DNA of 63,940 bases, filler included, from Phoronis australis (lineage: Eukaryota > Animalia > Phoronida): assembly GCA_002633005.1 (NCBI GenBank). It is 9 parts of 9 records of this genome, joined end to end, with 100 filler letters (N's around TTAATTAATTAA, not from the genome) between each part and the next. Parts side by side here need not be neighbours in the genome. Positions count along the whole stretch, not along the records: positions 15,756 to 29,088 come from NMRA01001592.1; positions 29,189 to 33,943 come from NMRA01002495.1; positions 34,044 to 42,315 come from NMRA01001910.1; 6 more parts are not named here. One strand, written 5' to 3'. The translations under genes were made by a program, and so were the position numbers. Of the stretch, positions 26,602 through 39,000 are shown piece by piece (position 1 is the first letter of the stretch; every line of letters starts with the position of its first letter). The notes beneath the pieces were generated by a model that was not told where the DNA came from, did not search any database, and was given only the letters and a program-made list of their open reading frames with translations.

Positions 26602-26776
26602 AGAAAACGCTCTTCGAAAACAAATGTTCCTTTGAATTTCATCCTCTAGAATCTATATTGAAACCCAAACGAACACACCGCTGGCATGCAAAATATGCGT
26701 AATTTAAACGCTGCCAATCTTTTATCAAGCAGAGGATGGAATTCAAAGGAACATTTGCTTTCGAAGAACGTTTTCT
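26602..26776. repeat. 46-bp inverted repeat with 83-bp loop
   Basis: Arms 26602-26647 and 26731-26776, 3 mismatches. Confidence 0.9.
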
Positions 26777-27503
26777 GACCAGTCTTTTTGTAGCTAAGAT
26801 GCCAAAAAAGCCAAAAACTAGTTACTTGATCAAGTACAACCTGGGTCCTGCGATCGGTAATACATAACGCAGCGAATGAACAGCAAAATTTCAAAATAAT
26901 TCGAGCCCGATTAAAATTTACAATCAGCGCCACTAACGGTTCAAATGTAATACAAATGGGAGGTTTCAAGTAAGTACATGTATAAACAGCATTTTAGCAT
27001 CATTCCTACTACATATTGGCTATAAAGAATAAAAACTGTTATCCCAGATAGTCACATGAATCTAAAATAAACTTATTTAATGAACTTACCCTAGCCAAAC
27101 AATGGGAGGGACGGACAGTAGTGCTTAGTTCTCTGCTTTTAAAATAATAAGCCACTCCGTTGCAACAGAACTGTGTATTTCTGTCCACCAAATCGAGTGG
27201 GTTTAAATCCGATGTCGCTTTTGTGCTCGCAATTGACCTATCGCAAGCTCCGCCCCTTCGGAAAAGTTGACAAAAAACAGTCAGTTTTACCCAGCAACGT
27301 GTTGCTTGTCGGGTAAAATGTTCTGTTTGGTCAGTTACAGGTCACTAAAAATCCTGGCATAAGTCAATACTCTAGACAGGGCCGCTATGAAGAAATGCCA
27401 TGGGAGCCATTGCAAGAAAGGAAGTTTACAAAGGTGCTCAGAGGGCACTTATAAATTCTAAAGTGCATGTATTCGCACCGTGCTCTTGCCGTAAAAGCCT
27501 TAC

Positions 27504-27725
27504 CAGAAGCATGATCCGGAACAACGTGGCAGTTAGTCATGATGTAGTCGCTGCCCACTACAAAACCAGTGCCTCGAGGCGAACCCCAAATTATCAAAGC
27601 AATGGATTTAAATGTTTTACACAGCCATGTGTGATAATCTACCGGCGTCGTTTCTTTACCAATGCATCTCTGTGGTCCAAATCCGGCTGAAGATTTTCTT
27701 TTCGGCAAAGATTGCATTGCGCAAA
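27504..27725 (-). CDS. FAM111A: FAM111-like protease exon with catalytic His (GTGFVVGSDYIMTNCHVV)
   Basis: 222 bp, phase 1/1, TTTCATTTCAG| ... G|GTAAGG. Confidence 0.85.
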
Positions 27726-27926
27726 CTGAAATGAAACCAATGATTTGATTAGAAACAATGCATCACAAATAAGATACTTAAGGCATGAATTTAAGTAGCT
27801 TTCCACATATTCAGAGTTCAATCTGTTCCTAGATTTGCATTGTATTATTTCTCAGTTTGTAATAGCATATGTTAATATAAAATATAGCACATTTTCAGGA
27901 AATGTCTTCATCACCATGTGGCTTAA

Positions 27927-29054
27927 AGGAGCATGCCACCCAAAAAACTACCTAATTTGTATCAATTTAGATCGAGTAGTTCTACTCCATAACGACACGT
28001 ACGGTTGCGTTTCCTGACACCTGACGGCAGACGGAGGTGTTGAAATTATCCAATGACGTAATTGGTTTCACACGCAGTCTGTTCAGCAGTTCACAACACG
28101 GGTTACTGGTGTCAGGTTATCGCTTGAAGTCATCGTTTAACATCAATAAATCATCAAACTTCGATGTAAAACCCTTAAAAATACACCGAGTTCTTATAAA
28201 AACGTGTTGTTTTATTTCGCTCTTACGGATTTATTGGTATTTGGACACACCGTAGCCTACAAAGTTCGGCAGGCCAATAAGGTCCGTAACAGGAGTTTGG
28301 GGTCTGTTCGGAGATAATTTCGAAGTATTTTCCGTGACATACAGACAGGAGAACCTAGATCTGTGTTGTTGAGACTAGTGATTTTTTGAGTTCTAAACAC
28401 AAAACGCGTGTTATCCTGGCTAGTGGCTCGGAGCCCGATCAAGCCCGTCGCGGCCGGCCGGATTGACTTCATTGTTATCCCGGCAAGTGGCTCGGAAACT
28501 GATCAGACATTACGAACATAAACCAGCCAAAGTTCAGTGCAAACTAAACTTCGAGTCAAGAAAATACTATACTAGTGAGCCAAAGTAATGTGCACGTGAT
28601 TATGTTGGTGAATTAGCCACAAAACTACAAATCTACTTACTCGTCGGGGTCCGCGAATTCACTCGGGTTCCGCTTTGGCCACAGCACAGTCTGGGCAGAA
28701 GTTGACAATCATTATGTAAACGTAAATAAAGATTCCCCTAACATCTAGCCGTGGAATGGAAATCGAGNCCATGAGCCACTTCTTAAGCATTTCGGACTCT
28801 CGAGGAAGAAAAAAAAACGATGTGTCCGCTTTCCTCGCAGCTGCTTAGTTCGGACAAGCGGGAACGATGCACCGCAGCATAGCGGCATTCACTCTGCATA
28901 TGAACCACTGACGTCGCTAGCTTCGTTTCTCACCTTCCTCACAGGTTAATGCGACACCTCTTGGCAAGGTTAGGTCGACCGCATGCCAGGCGATGTGGAT
29001 ATAGACCGATTAAGACGGCAAAAAAGACTAAGTTAAATCGGGTGGCATTTTCTT
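27927..29054. mobile_element. Non-autonomous Kolobok-type DNA transposon, TTAA TSD
   Basis: TTAA-AGGAGCATGCCACCC ... GGGTGGCATTTTCTT-TTAA; diverged second copy at 40363. Confidence 0.85.
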
Positions 29055-29088
29055 TTAAATTCAATGGCAATGTTGGCTACGCCATGAT

Positions 29089-29188
29089 NNNNNNNNNNNN
29101 NNNNNNNNNNNNNNNNNNNNNNNNNNNNNNNNTTAATTAATTAANNNNNNNNNNNNNNNNNNNNNNNNNNNNNNNNNNNNNNNNNNNN
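29089..29188. other. Artificial contig linker
   Basis: 44N-TTAATTAATTAA-44N. Confidence 0.98.
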
Positions 29189-30004
29189 CCTATCAAACTG
29201 AAGATACGCGTCACGGTTGCTTCTTGAGTCTTCTTGCAACGTGTACAGTGAGTTTAATTTTTAATTAATTGTCATTGTTTGTTTTGTTCTGACAACAGAT
29301 GGAGAAAGTGTATCTGAAGATGGTAGCATGACGCCGCTATATTTCCAGTTGTTAATATCAGTATTAAAAAATCCACGTCTAAGGCAGATTTCGATCTTGT
29401 CCTCCATGCTGCGTTCATTAGACAATCGGGTTTTCGTTGAAATGACAGTTTTTGCCAACACCTTTATAATTGATTACAGTAACATTGGCGAGAGTCCAAA
29501 TTCGTGGTTCACGCGTGGATCTAGGATGTAGCGAGGGAGTCCGACCAAAGCTGTCATGTGACAAGTCCGCGTGGTTGCCCTAGAAAAGGCTCATTTTTGA
29601 GAGGTGCTTCTTTCACTGCATAGGTCCCGTCAAACTATAACGAACTTAAGAAACGAATGCAAGCGAATTCCAAACTGACCATATGCTCGAAATTCGCGAC
29701 GGTTTAGGGAACTGCCATAACGAACAATATCGATTTCAATGCAACAGACCAACCAACCGTATTCCAGCGCAGCAACAAAATCCCGTACGCGTGCATACAT
29801 AATCGTCATAGTGCGCACAAATGCAGTAGGTGTATGGGCCGTTGTGAGGGATACCGACTCGAAGGAGTTATTATTAAACGATTTATAGAAAACAAAGTTC
29901 ATAATGATGATGTTTTGAGGCAAACCGTACGCCTATGTTGAAACGTGTGTAGACTATTTCGAGTGGAGGTAAATCAAAACCGGAAAATTTGGGACTATAG
30001 ACTG

Positions 30005-30063
30005 ATATATATATACATATACATGTACATGTACATGTACATGTACATGTATATGTATATATA
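30005..30063. repeat. (TA)n/(TACATG)n self-complementary microsatellite
   Basis: Direct reading. Confidence 0.9.
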
Positions 30064-30805
30064 GCCTATTTTGCTAGAAATGACAAAACAATGATAGCTA
30101 AGTAGTGTGTTGGTGTGTTAACTGTATTTTCAAATAAAATCGGTTTTTATTGGGATTGTATGTGAAGCATATCCACTGATTTTCGGCACTTGGAATCACG
30201 GGCACGTGCGCACTGACTTATAAAGCACGTGGCCAAGCTGTTTCTGCGATATATGATCGAAAAACGCCATGAGTGACGTGCGGTGTTACGACGCATAAGG
30301 AGACAAGACGCGTGTCATCTACAGCCGTAATTTGGCACATAATTAAGACCTAATTATCGAAATGTCAACAAACTCTCAGAAATAGCTGGTATCCAACGAC
30401 ACGCGTCTAAACGCCAGCAAACCCACCAAATGTCCCCAAGCCTCATTTTATAACAATTAACCCGTTAGAGATTCGTGTTACAATACCTTGTGCACATTGC
30501 ACCACAGTTGAAAAAAAATCATTTTGCCTTTTAAAAGCCATTTCCCGACTCTTTCATTGCATATACATCGTTTGTCAATGGCGACAAACAAGCGTCCTAA
30601 GTACTTATTTCTATGCTAGTGTAGGTGTAACTTTTTCATAATTATACAACTTCTTACGTACTTGAAATTTTGACATAGTGCGTATCACGTTTCGTTGGCG
30701 CATGGTGGCGATCGCATCTTAAAACACAAGATGTCGATTCAAATTTCCAAATCTAAAGATGAAAAAATTTCTATCCTGGGCCCAGGGTATTATATATGGA
30801 CTCAA

Positions 30806-31040
30806 CAGTGGCAGATCTACGATTTCAGTAAGGGGGGGGTTAGGATTCGAGAGAATCCGAGGCGCGTAGCGCCGAGGAGCAGGAAGGTCGCGAGAGGGTT
30901 TCCCTCCTCCCGTGTAAGACTTTTTGGGATTTTTAGTAGCTAATTTCGTTTTTCTGGCGATTTTTTTTCCAGTTTTTATTTTTATTCCTGTCCCGAGGGG
31001 GGTTTAAACCCCCTGAACCCCCCCTGTAGATCCGCCTCTG
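30806..31040. mobile_element. hAT-type MITE, 235 bp, 5-bp TSD CTCAA
   Basis: TIRs CAGTGGCAGATCTAC / GTAGATCCGCCTCTG, CTCAA on both sides. Confidence 0.85.
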
Positions 31041-33943
31041 CTCAAGTAAGAATCAAACACGAAATGCCAGCAAGCATGCTGCATGTGGGGTCGAGACAGT
31101 TTGGGGACAGAGATTAAACTCTCGGCCAGAGGACGCTTGTGTCTTTCCTGTGTGATACGCACTTCGGGCTGCGTTCTGGTGCAGCAAGAAACTTGCAAAA
31201 ACACCTAGTGTTGTTACGGGCTCCTGTTGTAGTGTTTAGTAATATTAAAGACTTGCCTGGTCTCCCGTTTTCTCGAGTTTCTCGTTTCTGTGAAACGAAA
31301 CCCATAACCGAATATTGCTTTGCCCCTGTTGCGCACCGGTCTAAATTCCGCAGCGATTTGTGTTGACTTTGTTACGTAAAAATTGAAAAGGACTCGGCTA
31401 ACCGCCGTATACTTTGAAATGCATTTTTGAGAACGTAAACTCGCGTAATTGTCTGCTTCCCTATTGGCAGGACGGAATTTACCGAGCTCTGAAGGCTTCA
31501 AAGATTAGTCGAAGTGAACATAGGATCAAGGTATTTCTAAGGAAAGAAGTGTATGTGCTGTTAAAAAGATACTAATCCTGGTTTTGGCCAAATAACGCCT
31601 TTTCCCATCTCGCTTTCTATTATAAAAATAACAATATTCCCTAACGAGTGCGTTTTGGGACCGTAAAACGATATTGTGCTTTTAAAGACATTTCTAGCCT
31701 TTTTTATTTTACGATTCATTTCAATGTAATTATTGGTTTTAGTCAAACGTTGTATCAGCTCAAATTGAATACTTTCCTCATCGGAATACCGTTGAAGACT
31801 AGCAATCCTGCGTACTCGCTTGTTCCCTGCGTTTCCGCTAGGGGGTAGAGAACACGTTGGTATCATTCAGTAGCACGCGTTTTGCCACTGGTTGATGTAA
31901 CCTCAGAAGTCATTGGCAACAAATAAAAAACGGCGTAATGCGAACGATTTTTAGCCTTGTCATGCAAGAGGCGTGACAGCAAATAATTATGTCGTTTCTG
32001 CAGTAATGTTTAATAGCCGCATGCCTGAAGGACACATGTACATTGCACACACATCTGGCCGATTTAACTGTTATGTTATTCATACAGTGTGAATACAACA
32101 GGACAGCAACGTAAACAAACGTGCGCAACAGTAGAAAACTACACCCCAAAAAGGTACAACCACAACTTTCCGATTGAGATTTCTTGAACATGAATTAAGC
32201 ATCGATTTGTCTGCACAACAAACCACAAACTATTTCCACATTACACTTCCTCCATCAGTCATATGCCAGTTTGTTTACGTAGAGCACCAACTGTTGAGAA
32301 TTCGACTAGCCAATCAAGAACGCCGGTGTAAAAAAATACCCGATGAAAATTAAATGGTACCTGCGTGTTCTCTACTCCCTAGAGGACAGGCAGGGAACCA
32401 GCGAGTCCTGCGTAGAGTTCAATAACACCACTACCTCACTAAATAGCAAGCCTACAAGAGAGTACACAAGAGATTTTGAATGAGAGCACGTGATTTTGAC
32501 TAGATTTTTCTCGACGCGAGACAGCTACTGAACTGTACCCTGGTTTGCGTGCGCCTTGATTTGTTGTTTATACTATGTGCATCTTCATTGCAGTCCGTAA
32601 AAAGTTTAATGCAATCAGACTTCTTCTGATATGGAGCGTCGTCAGGTTGAACTGACATATTTCCCAATTCATGCGCGGTGCGCTCAGTGTGTTATACACA
32701 CAACTTCTCAGTTTGTAGATTTGCCTGAAGATGTCTGTAGTGACTTTACTTTTCAGTTTGACGGAAGAAAGCGGCGAGACAGTTATCACTAGCTTATTTT
32801 CAGGTCCCAGCTTTCAGCGGAAGTAGGTAGCGAGAATGATTAAGACACGAGGAATGAATTTAGACATCATTTTTTACACTGCTCTTGTGTTAAATGTATG
32901 TTGTTCCGGAATTTAGAAATTATTCTTGTCGACGTGTTTCTGCAGATTCAGTGCGCCGGGACGATTAATCAGAAGTTGTTCGCCTAGTCGTGAAAGTCGT
33001 ATCTCAGTACAATTCATTTTTGTGAAGGTGGCCGTGTGAATGCGGACAGAAATCGATCTATTTTGCAGTTCTTAGTTTTCACAAAAACACAGTGTCGCGT
33101 TTGTAGTCACGAGTCGATGACCATCTTCTCCGTGATAAGGCCCGTGACATTCAAAACAACGTTTAAAGCGTGTTTCAATTATTGAGTAATCAAAAAATAG
33201 GTAGAAAATGGTCAGTTAAAAAATTCATATGACCAAACTTTAGGCCTCGAACGCGATTAACAGACAAAATCGCAATACTGAAAGTGGTTCTCTGCCATTG
33301 AAACAGAATCCAACCTGCTCGCCAGGTATTTTGAGGGTTTATTCATAAAGATTTTTAATTTCTGTTGATATCAAACCATTTTCTTTTAGTTTCAAATTTC
33401 TAAAAACGATCTGTCAACTGCTCACCACTTTGTAAATTTTCTCCCACAAGGCAGACCACAGTTTGGCAGGACCGAGATGTAGCACGTGTGACCTTTGACC
33501 TTAAACGACTTCAAGCAAGCGTGAGCGCATGCGCGCATTTATCATAAATAGGAGGGAGATTAGAATCTCTATGGTAACCACCGAGTGTTTTCCTTCGCAA
33601 GAATTTCAAAAGTCGTGAATTTTGTGATTTTTTCCCTAAATTTCCTTACAGGGGAAAGTGAATTATTATGCACTAGACGTTGCGAGATGGTATTTTCGTC
33701 AGGAATTATTTAAAAGATATTTTGTCGAGCTTTCGCGTCCCATGCCTCTTTAAAGGACATCACAAATGTTGAAAATTACTTTAAATAACTGTTCATGAAA
33801 TACTATAGTCGATATCAGTCATGGGCTACCTGACCTGTATTCCATAGAATCAAGACACCCGCGTAGAACTTGCGTACACTCTCGCATGGTCCCCGCGGTG
33901 AATAGCCTACTTGCTAAACAATGGCTTTTCACTCCCGTGTCTT

Positions 33944-34043
33944 NNNNNNNNNNNNNNNNNNNNNNNNNNNNNNNNNNNNNNNNNNNNTTAATTAATTAAN
34001 NNNNNNNNNNNNNNNNNNNNNNNNNNNNNNNNNNNNNNNNNNN
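33944..34043. other. Artificial contig linker
   Basis: 44N-TTAATTAATTAA-44N. Confidence 0.98.
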
Positions 34044-35336
34044 AGCCTACATACTGTTACATGCAATATCAACCAAATATAAAGCTTTCTTCTTGAGCTG
34101 TGCACCAAAAAATGTGTACAAAGTCGAATTACAATTTTCTCTCTTTGACCTTGAAAGTGAAGTGAAAGTCGCCAAATTTAACTGGCACCAGCTAGGAGAT
34201 CTCCTGACCATCTATACGACAAGATTTTCTTGCTGTGAACTTTAAAATGAGTTTGCTCTTCCTACACGTTGGTAGAAAACATGAACAAAATCTAAAACTG
34301 AGATATTACGGTAACAACCATTTCTTAAGTCAAAAGTTGAGTTTTTCAATGTGACTTTGAAAATGATGGAAAGGTCACCAAATCTGATTAGAGGTGCTCC
34401 AGCTACACCTAGATGCAAAATATGAACAAAATCCCATATATCTCCTTCTTGAGGTAATGCGCCGACAAATTCCTTGCAATTTAGAGACGTACGTGATATA
34501 CAAACATTATTTTGTGAGTGCTATGCCCCATACTTCACACTAATGGGCATGTGGGGGACAACTCCAACACATTTAAAAACTGCCATGAACGAACCTTCAG
34601 GACTAAAGAAGACATTTTTTTAATGTGACAATTTCAGACCATCTGCGTGTGCTAATTGACATCAAACTTATTATTGGTGATAATTCGAACAAACTGAGAC
34701 CGCAAGTTGGCCATTCATACTGTACCGCAACGTCGATCCAGGACCGAAGTTAATCATTTATACTCACAACTCCCCAAAACATCCATTCATTAGTACGAAG
34801 GGGCCTAGAGTGAACTGCATGATGGACCTAGTACAGGTGACAATTCAAGCCAAAACCCAACTAAATTTGTGAACTGAAACACAAGTTTCAATTACCCCTT
34901 TCCTGCCAACACAACAGAGGGCCATCTGGCTGGGCTGCCAACAGTCAAGAGGCACCTATAGTTTTATGACATAATGAGGTGTCAATAAAGGATTATACAG
35001 AAGACCAAGCAGGCTACTCAGCTGGACAGAATTCAATGGGCTATTGTGTTTGCATAAGACTACTCCAACCATGGCATGATCATCATCCAACGGTAATTTT
35101 TTACCTGGACTGTGTTCTTCATGTAATGAAAAATTTTTTTGCAATAGAAGGCAGATTCATGCCCGCTATCACTTTAGCATAGTTACAAAATATCATCGCA
35201 ATGTCTAAATAAAACTAATGAACTTCAAAAAAAAACAACAACACACCACACACAAATTACAATGTTAGAACCAATGTAGACTTAAATGAAAGCTATTTTT
35301 ATGAAAGACAGAACTCCTGTCATGTATACTTCTTAC

Positions 35337-35486
35337 CTTTGATGCATTTCCACAATCTCTTCAGCCATTTGTACTTCCAACATAAAAAACCACATACACC
35401 ACCACCAAGACAGCAGAGCACAATCGTCACACCAACTGCTATCACGACAGTATCAACCACTCCCAACACCACTGGGACAGACGTTT
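35337..35486 (-). CDS. Transmembrane exon of an unidentified type-I membrane protein
   Basis: 150 bp, phase 1/1, TTTTGCAG| ... G|GTAAGA. Hydrophobic stretch VVIAVGVTIVLCCLGGGVCGFLCW followed by basic stop-transfer KYKWLKR. Confidence 0.7.
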
Positions 35487-36067
35487 CTGCAAAATAAATG
35501 GCAAGTAAAAACATGACATACATTTTTAGTTAAACTGAGCCCCAATATTAATCCACTCAACTTCTGGACTTTAAAAAGTTGCTAGGTTGGTAACAATATA
35601 TTAAAAAAGATAATTGCAGGCGGTCAGGTACATGTTGCACCAGAGGTGCACAGGCTGCTCAGGTGGTCTCATTCCACCAACCACACAAAACCACTTTTAT
35701 GCTTTAATTATCAATATACAGACAAAACCAAGCCGAGGAACTAGAGGCCTGAGTCAAGGATAATAATACCAACTCCACAAATTGTCACATTCTCAAATTT
35801 TTCTGGTATTTAAGCAAAAATACAACCACAATGTTATGAAGACCTTTCACTACAAAAACACTTGTTGGTGAACCAAAAAGGCCAGAAACGTAATGACCCA
35901 CGAAATGCCATCACAGTTAAGTCTGAGGAAACAGAATATGAAAGACAGGTTTTAGCCACATTAATCAGTGCTAGACAGGGCTTGGAATGACCAATGACAA
36001 AAAACATTAAGAATTTACAGCTTATGTATCACTCCAAAAATAAACCGGCTTGCATGAATAAAGTCAA

Positions 36068-39000
36068 AACAAGAGCAACGCGGAGCGTTGAAATGCGCCC
36101 ACGAATGCATCCCAAATGGTGTGCCTTTAGGGTTGTTCATTTGTGTCATAAACATGGCCACTAGATGGCAATCTATCCGAAAATGGGAACATGTCATTGC
36201 TTCTTTAATAGAAAGCTACACACTAAATTTCATAGAAATCCATCCCCGAACTTCGGAGAAACAAAGGAAAACAGAATAAAATGAAATTGCCACTAGGGGG
36301 CACACTATTCATTGGATCTGCCTGAAAGTGGTCATTGTCTGTTGTTAGCTTCATATAAATACATCTACTAATCAAATTTTAATTAATGAAGATCCTGCAG
36401 TGGCTTTAGGAGATACAGCTATGGGAGCAAAACAAAACAAAACAAAACAAAACAAAACTACCACTAGGAGGCACCACCGTAGTCAAAGTTGTCATCGTCA
36501 ACCGTCCTCTTCACACTGAGATCACATACGCCAATTTTCAAAACCACCCTTAGAATGATTTGGTTGATAGAGGCTGGGGTAGACGCCAAAAAACAGACTG
36601 AAAACAGCAAAAATGGCCACTAGGTAGTGCAAAATACCTTGATTTCATCCGAAAACAGGAGGATAGCGTCATCTCACCAATAGATGCCTGTATTCAAAAT
36701 TTTATGAAAATCTGTTGAGGATCTTTGAAGATACATAGGTAAACGTAAAACTAAAATTGCCAACAGGGGGCACACCAGTAGTCAGATCCATCCGAAAATC
36801 GTCGTTATCCATTGTCAACACACTTCTTAAATTTAGTAAAGATCCTGCAAATGGTTTAGAAGATACAGCCATGGGCGCAAAAAATGAAACTGCCACTAGG
36901 AGGCGCCACAGTAGTCAAAGTCATAGGAAAATCATCGTCAGCCCTCCACTTCATAGTTAAAACATCAGGGCTCGACATAACGAGCTGCAGGTCGCATTTG
37001 CGACCTGAAATTTGGAAATGCGAGCTGAGATTTTTGTCAGCTCGTATCAAGTCGCAAAATGCGACCTGGAATTTCCAACAAATGCGAGCTGAGTTTTTAC
37101 ACTTCTTGGCAGATACCTGGCAAATATAAAGCAACTACAGTAATGGTAATCCGACCATTACTTGGTTGTTGCCAAATCCAAGTTCAAAAGACCACTAACT
37201 GAGAACAGTCCTCCCGATGACTTGTAAGCAAGTCGCTTGACCATGGGATATGCAGAATCGATATTTGACGAGTTTCATTGGCTAACATTTTCGGCCACTT
37301 TTGCAAATTTCCGGATTTGCCGAAGAAAGTTTCGGGCCACATAACACGTCATAAAACCTCACAAAACAGTGGTGTTTCTATTAATTCATAAGCGATCAAC
37401 TTATCAAACTTTGTGGTGGACAAATATGTTTGTTTTTCGCTTAAGATGTCCTTATTACCTTTACCAAATAGCCACGACAATATCCCTGATATCGCACTGC
37501 GGCACTGGTCGGTCCCGTTGTTAGCGTGCAAGCGGTCCCGGCAAGACAATCGTGACTTAGATATGTGCGCCTCGTTTTTATCCCATAAGACAGCCAAAGT
37601 GAAAATGACAACCTATTAATCCCCAAACGACGATCACATCTTTACTTTCAGTTGCCAAGAAATTCTCAAACCCCATTACTTGTTTCTGNNNNNNNNNNNN
37701 NNNNNNNNNNNNNNNNNNNNNNNNNNNNNNNNNNNNNNNNNNNNNNNNNNNNNNNNNNNNNNNNNNNNNNNNNNNNNNNNNNNNNNNNNNNNNNNNNNNN
37801 NNNNNNNNNNNNNNNNNNNNNNNNNNNNNNNNNNNNNNNNNNNNNNNNNNNNNNNNNNNNNNNNNNNNNNNNNNNNNNNNNNNNNNNNNNNNNNNNNNNN
37901 NNNNNNNNNNNNNNNNNNNNNNNNNNNNNNNNNNNNNNNNNNNNNNNNNNNNNNNNNNNNNNNNNNNNNNNNNNNNNNNNNNNNNNNNNNNNNNNNNNNN
38001 NNNNNNNNNNNNNNNNNNNNNNNNNNNNNNNNNNNNNNNNNNNNNNNNNNNNNNNNNNNNNNNNNNNNNNNNNNNNNNNNNNNNNNNNNNNNNNNNNNNN
38101 NNNNNNNNNNNNNNNNNNNNNNNNNNNNNNNNNNNNNNNNNNNNNNNNNNNNNNNTGCTAACGCACAAGCCTACTCCCTATCTTTGAAGTGTTTCACAAT
38201 AAGCGCTCACTGATCTACTAAGCGTTCCCCCTCAACTTTTGAGAATTTCCAATTAAGCGCCCACAGTTTAGGCTAGCGCCCATCATATCGCACTACAAAC
38301 GACCGAGCGTGGTTTAAAATTGACTCGCAGCCTATATGGTGCGTCACTGTCATTTTACACAATTCCGTTTTCAAAAAACGTCTTTTCTCAATATGTAAAA
38401 AACAAATCCCGGCTTTGTTTTATACCTCCGAAAGAAAGTTAACTCTAGTGACATGCGTGTCGTTTTGTGACTGACCTATTTTTCCCGTACCTGGAAGGTA
38501 TTGAGCAAACTTGCCATTACCAGATGGAAACTTGCATGGAGGGAGTCGGGAATTATTTGGAGGCTATTCACTTCATGGAAAACTAATTGTTGAGTACGTA
38601 AACAGCATAAGTACCACATTTTTGTTGTGAAATTTGCACTGAATTGTTAAAGCATCGTTTCTTGGACTTTTTTTCGACAGGCGTTTTTCAAGCATGAGTT
38701 AAGTTGCAAAATTTGGGCTGCGAACAAAAAGCGGAGGGAATTTGCCCTCGGAGTTAGTTTGAATCTTTAACGACTTTGATGACAGCCAGTAGCAGGTCAG
38801 ACCTAGCAAAATCCCGGATACTTTTTCAACGGGCATTTTCTCCCTTTTCAAATCGCAAACTTAGCTACTCGAATGCACGTGTCAGTTAGAGAGAACTAAT
38901 TCAACTTTCACGTCGGGAACTTGACTTGCGCTCTAGAGACTTTCAATAGCGGTCGTGAAGAACAGCAACGCCGTACCTATGAACAAAGTCAGTTTTGGGA

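Noticed and set aside
31060-31170. Possible second THAP relic (CCMWG, LCDTHF in different frames)
   Set aside because: Motifs are too short, need frameshifts, and lack the FP/W core.
37578-38213. Long ORFs of 169-196 aa
   Set aside because: They are translations of the N gap.
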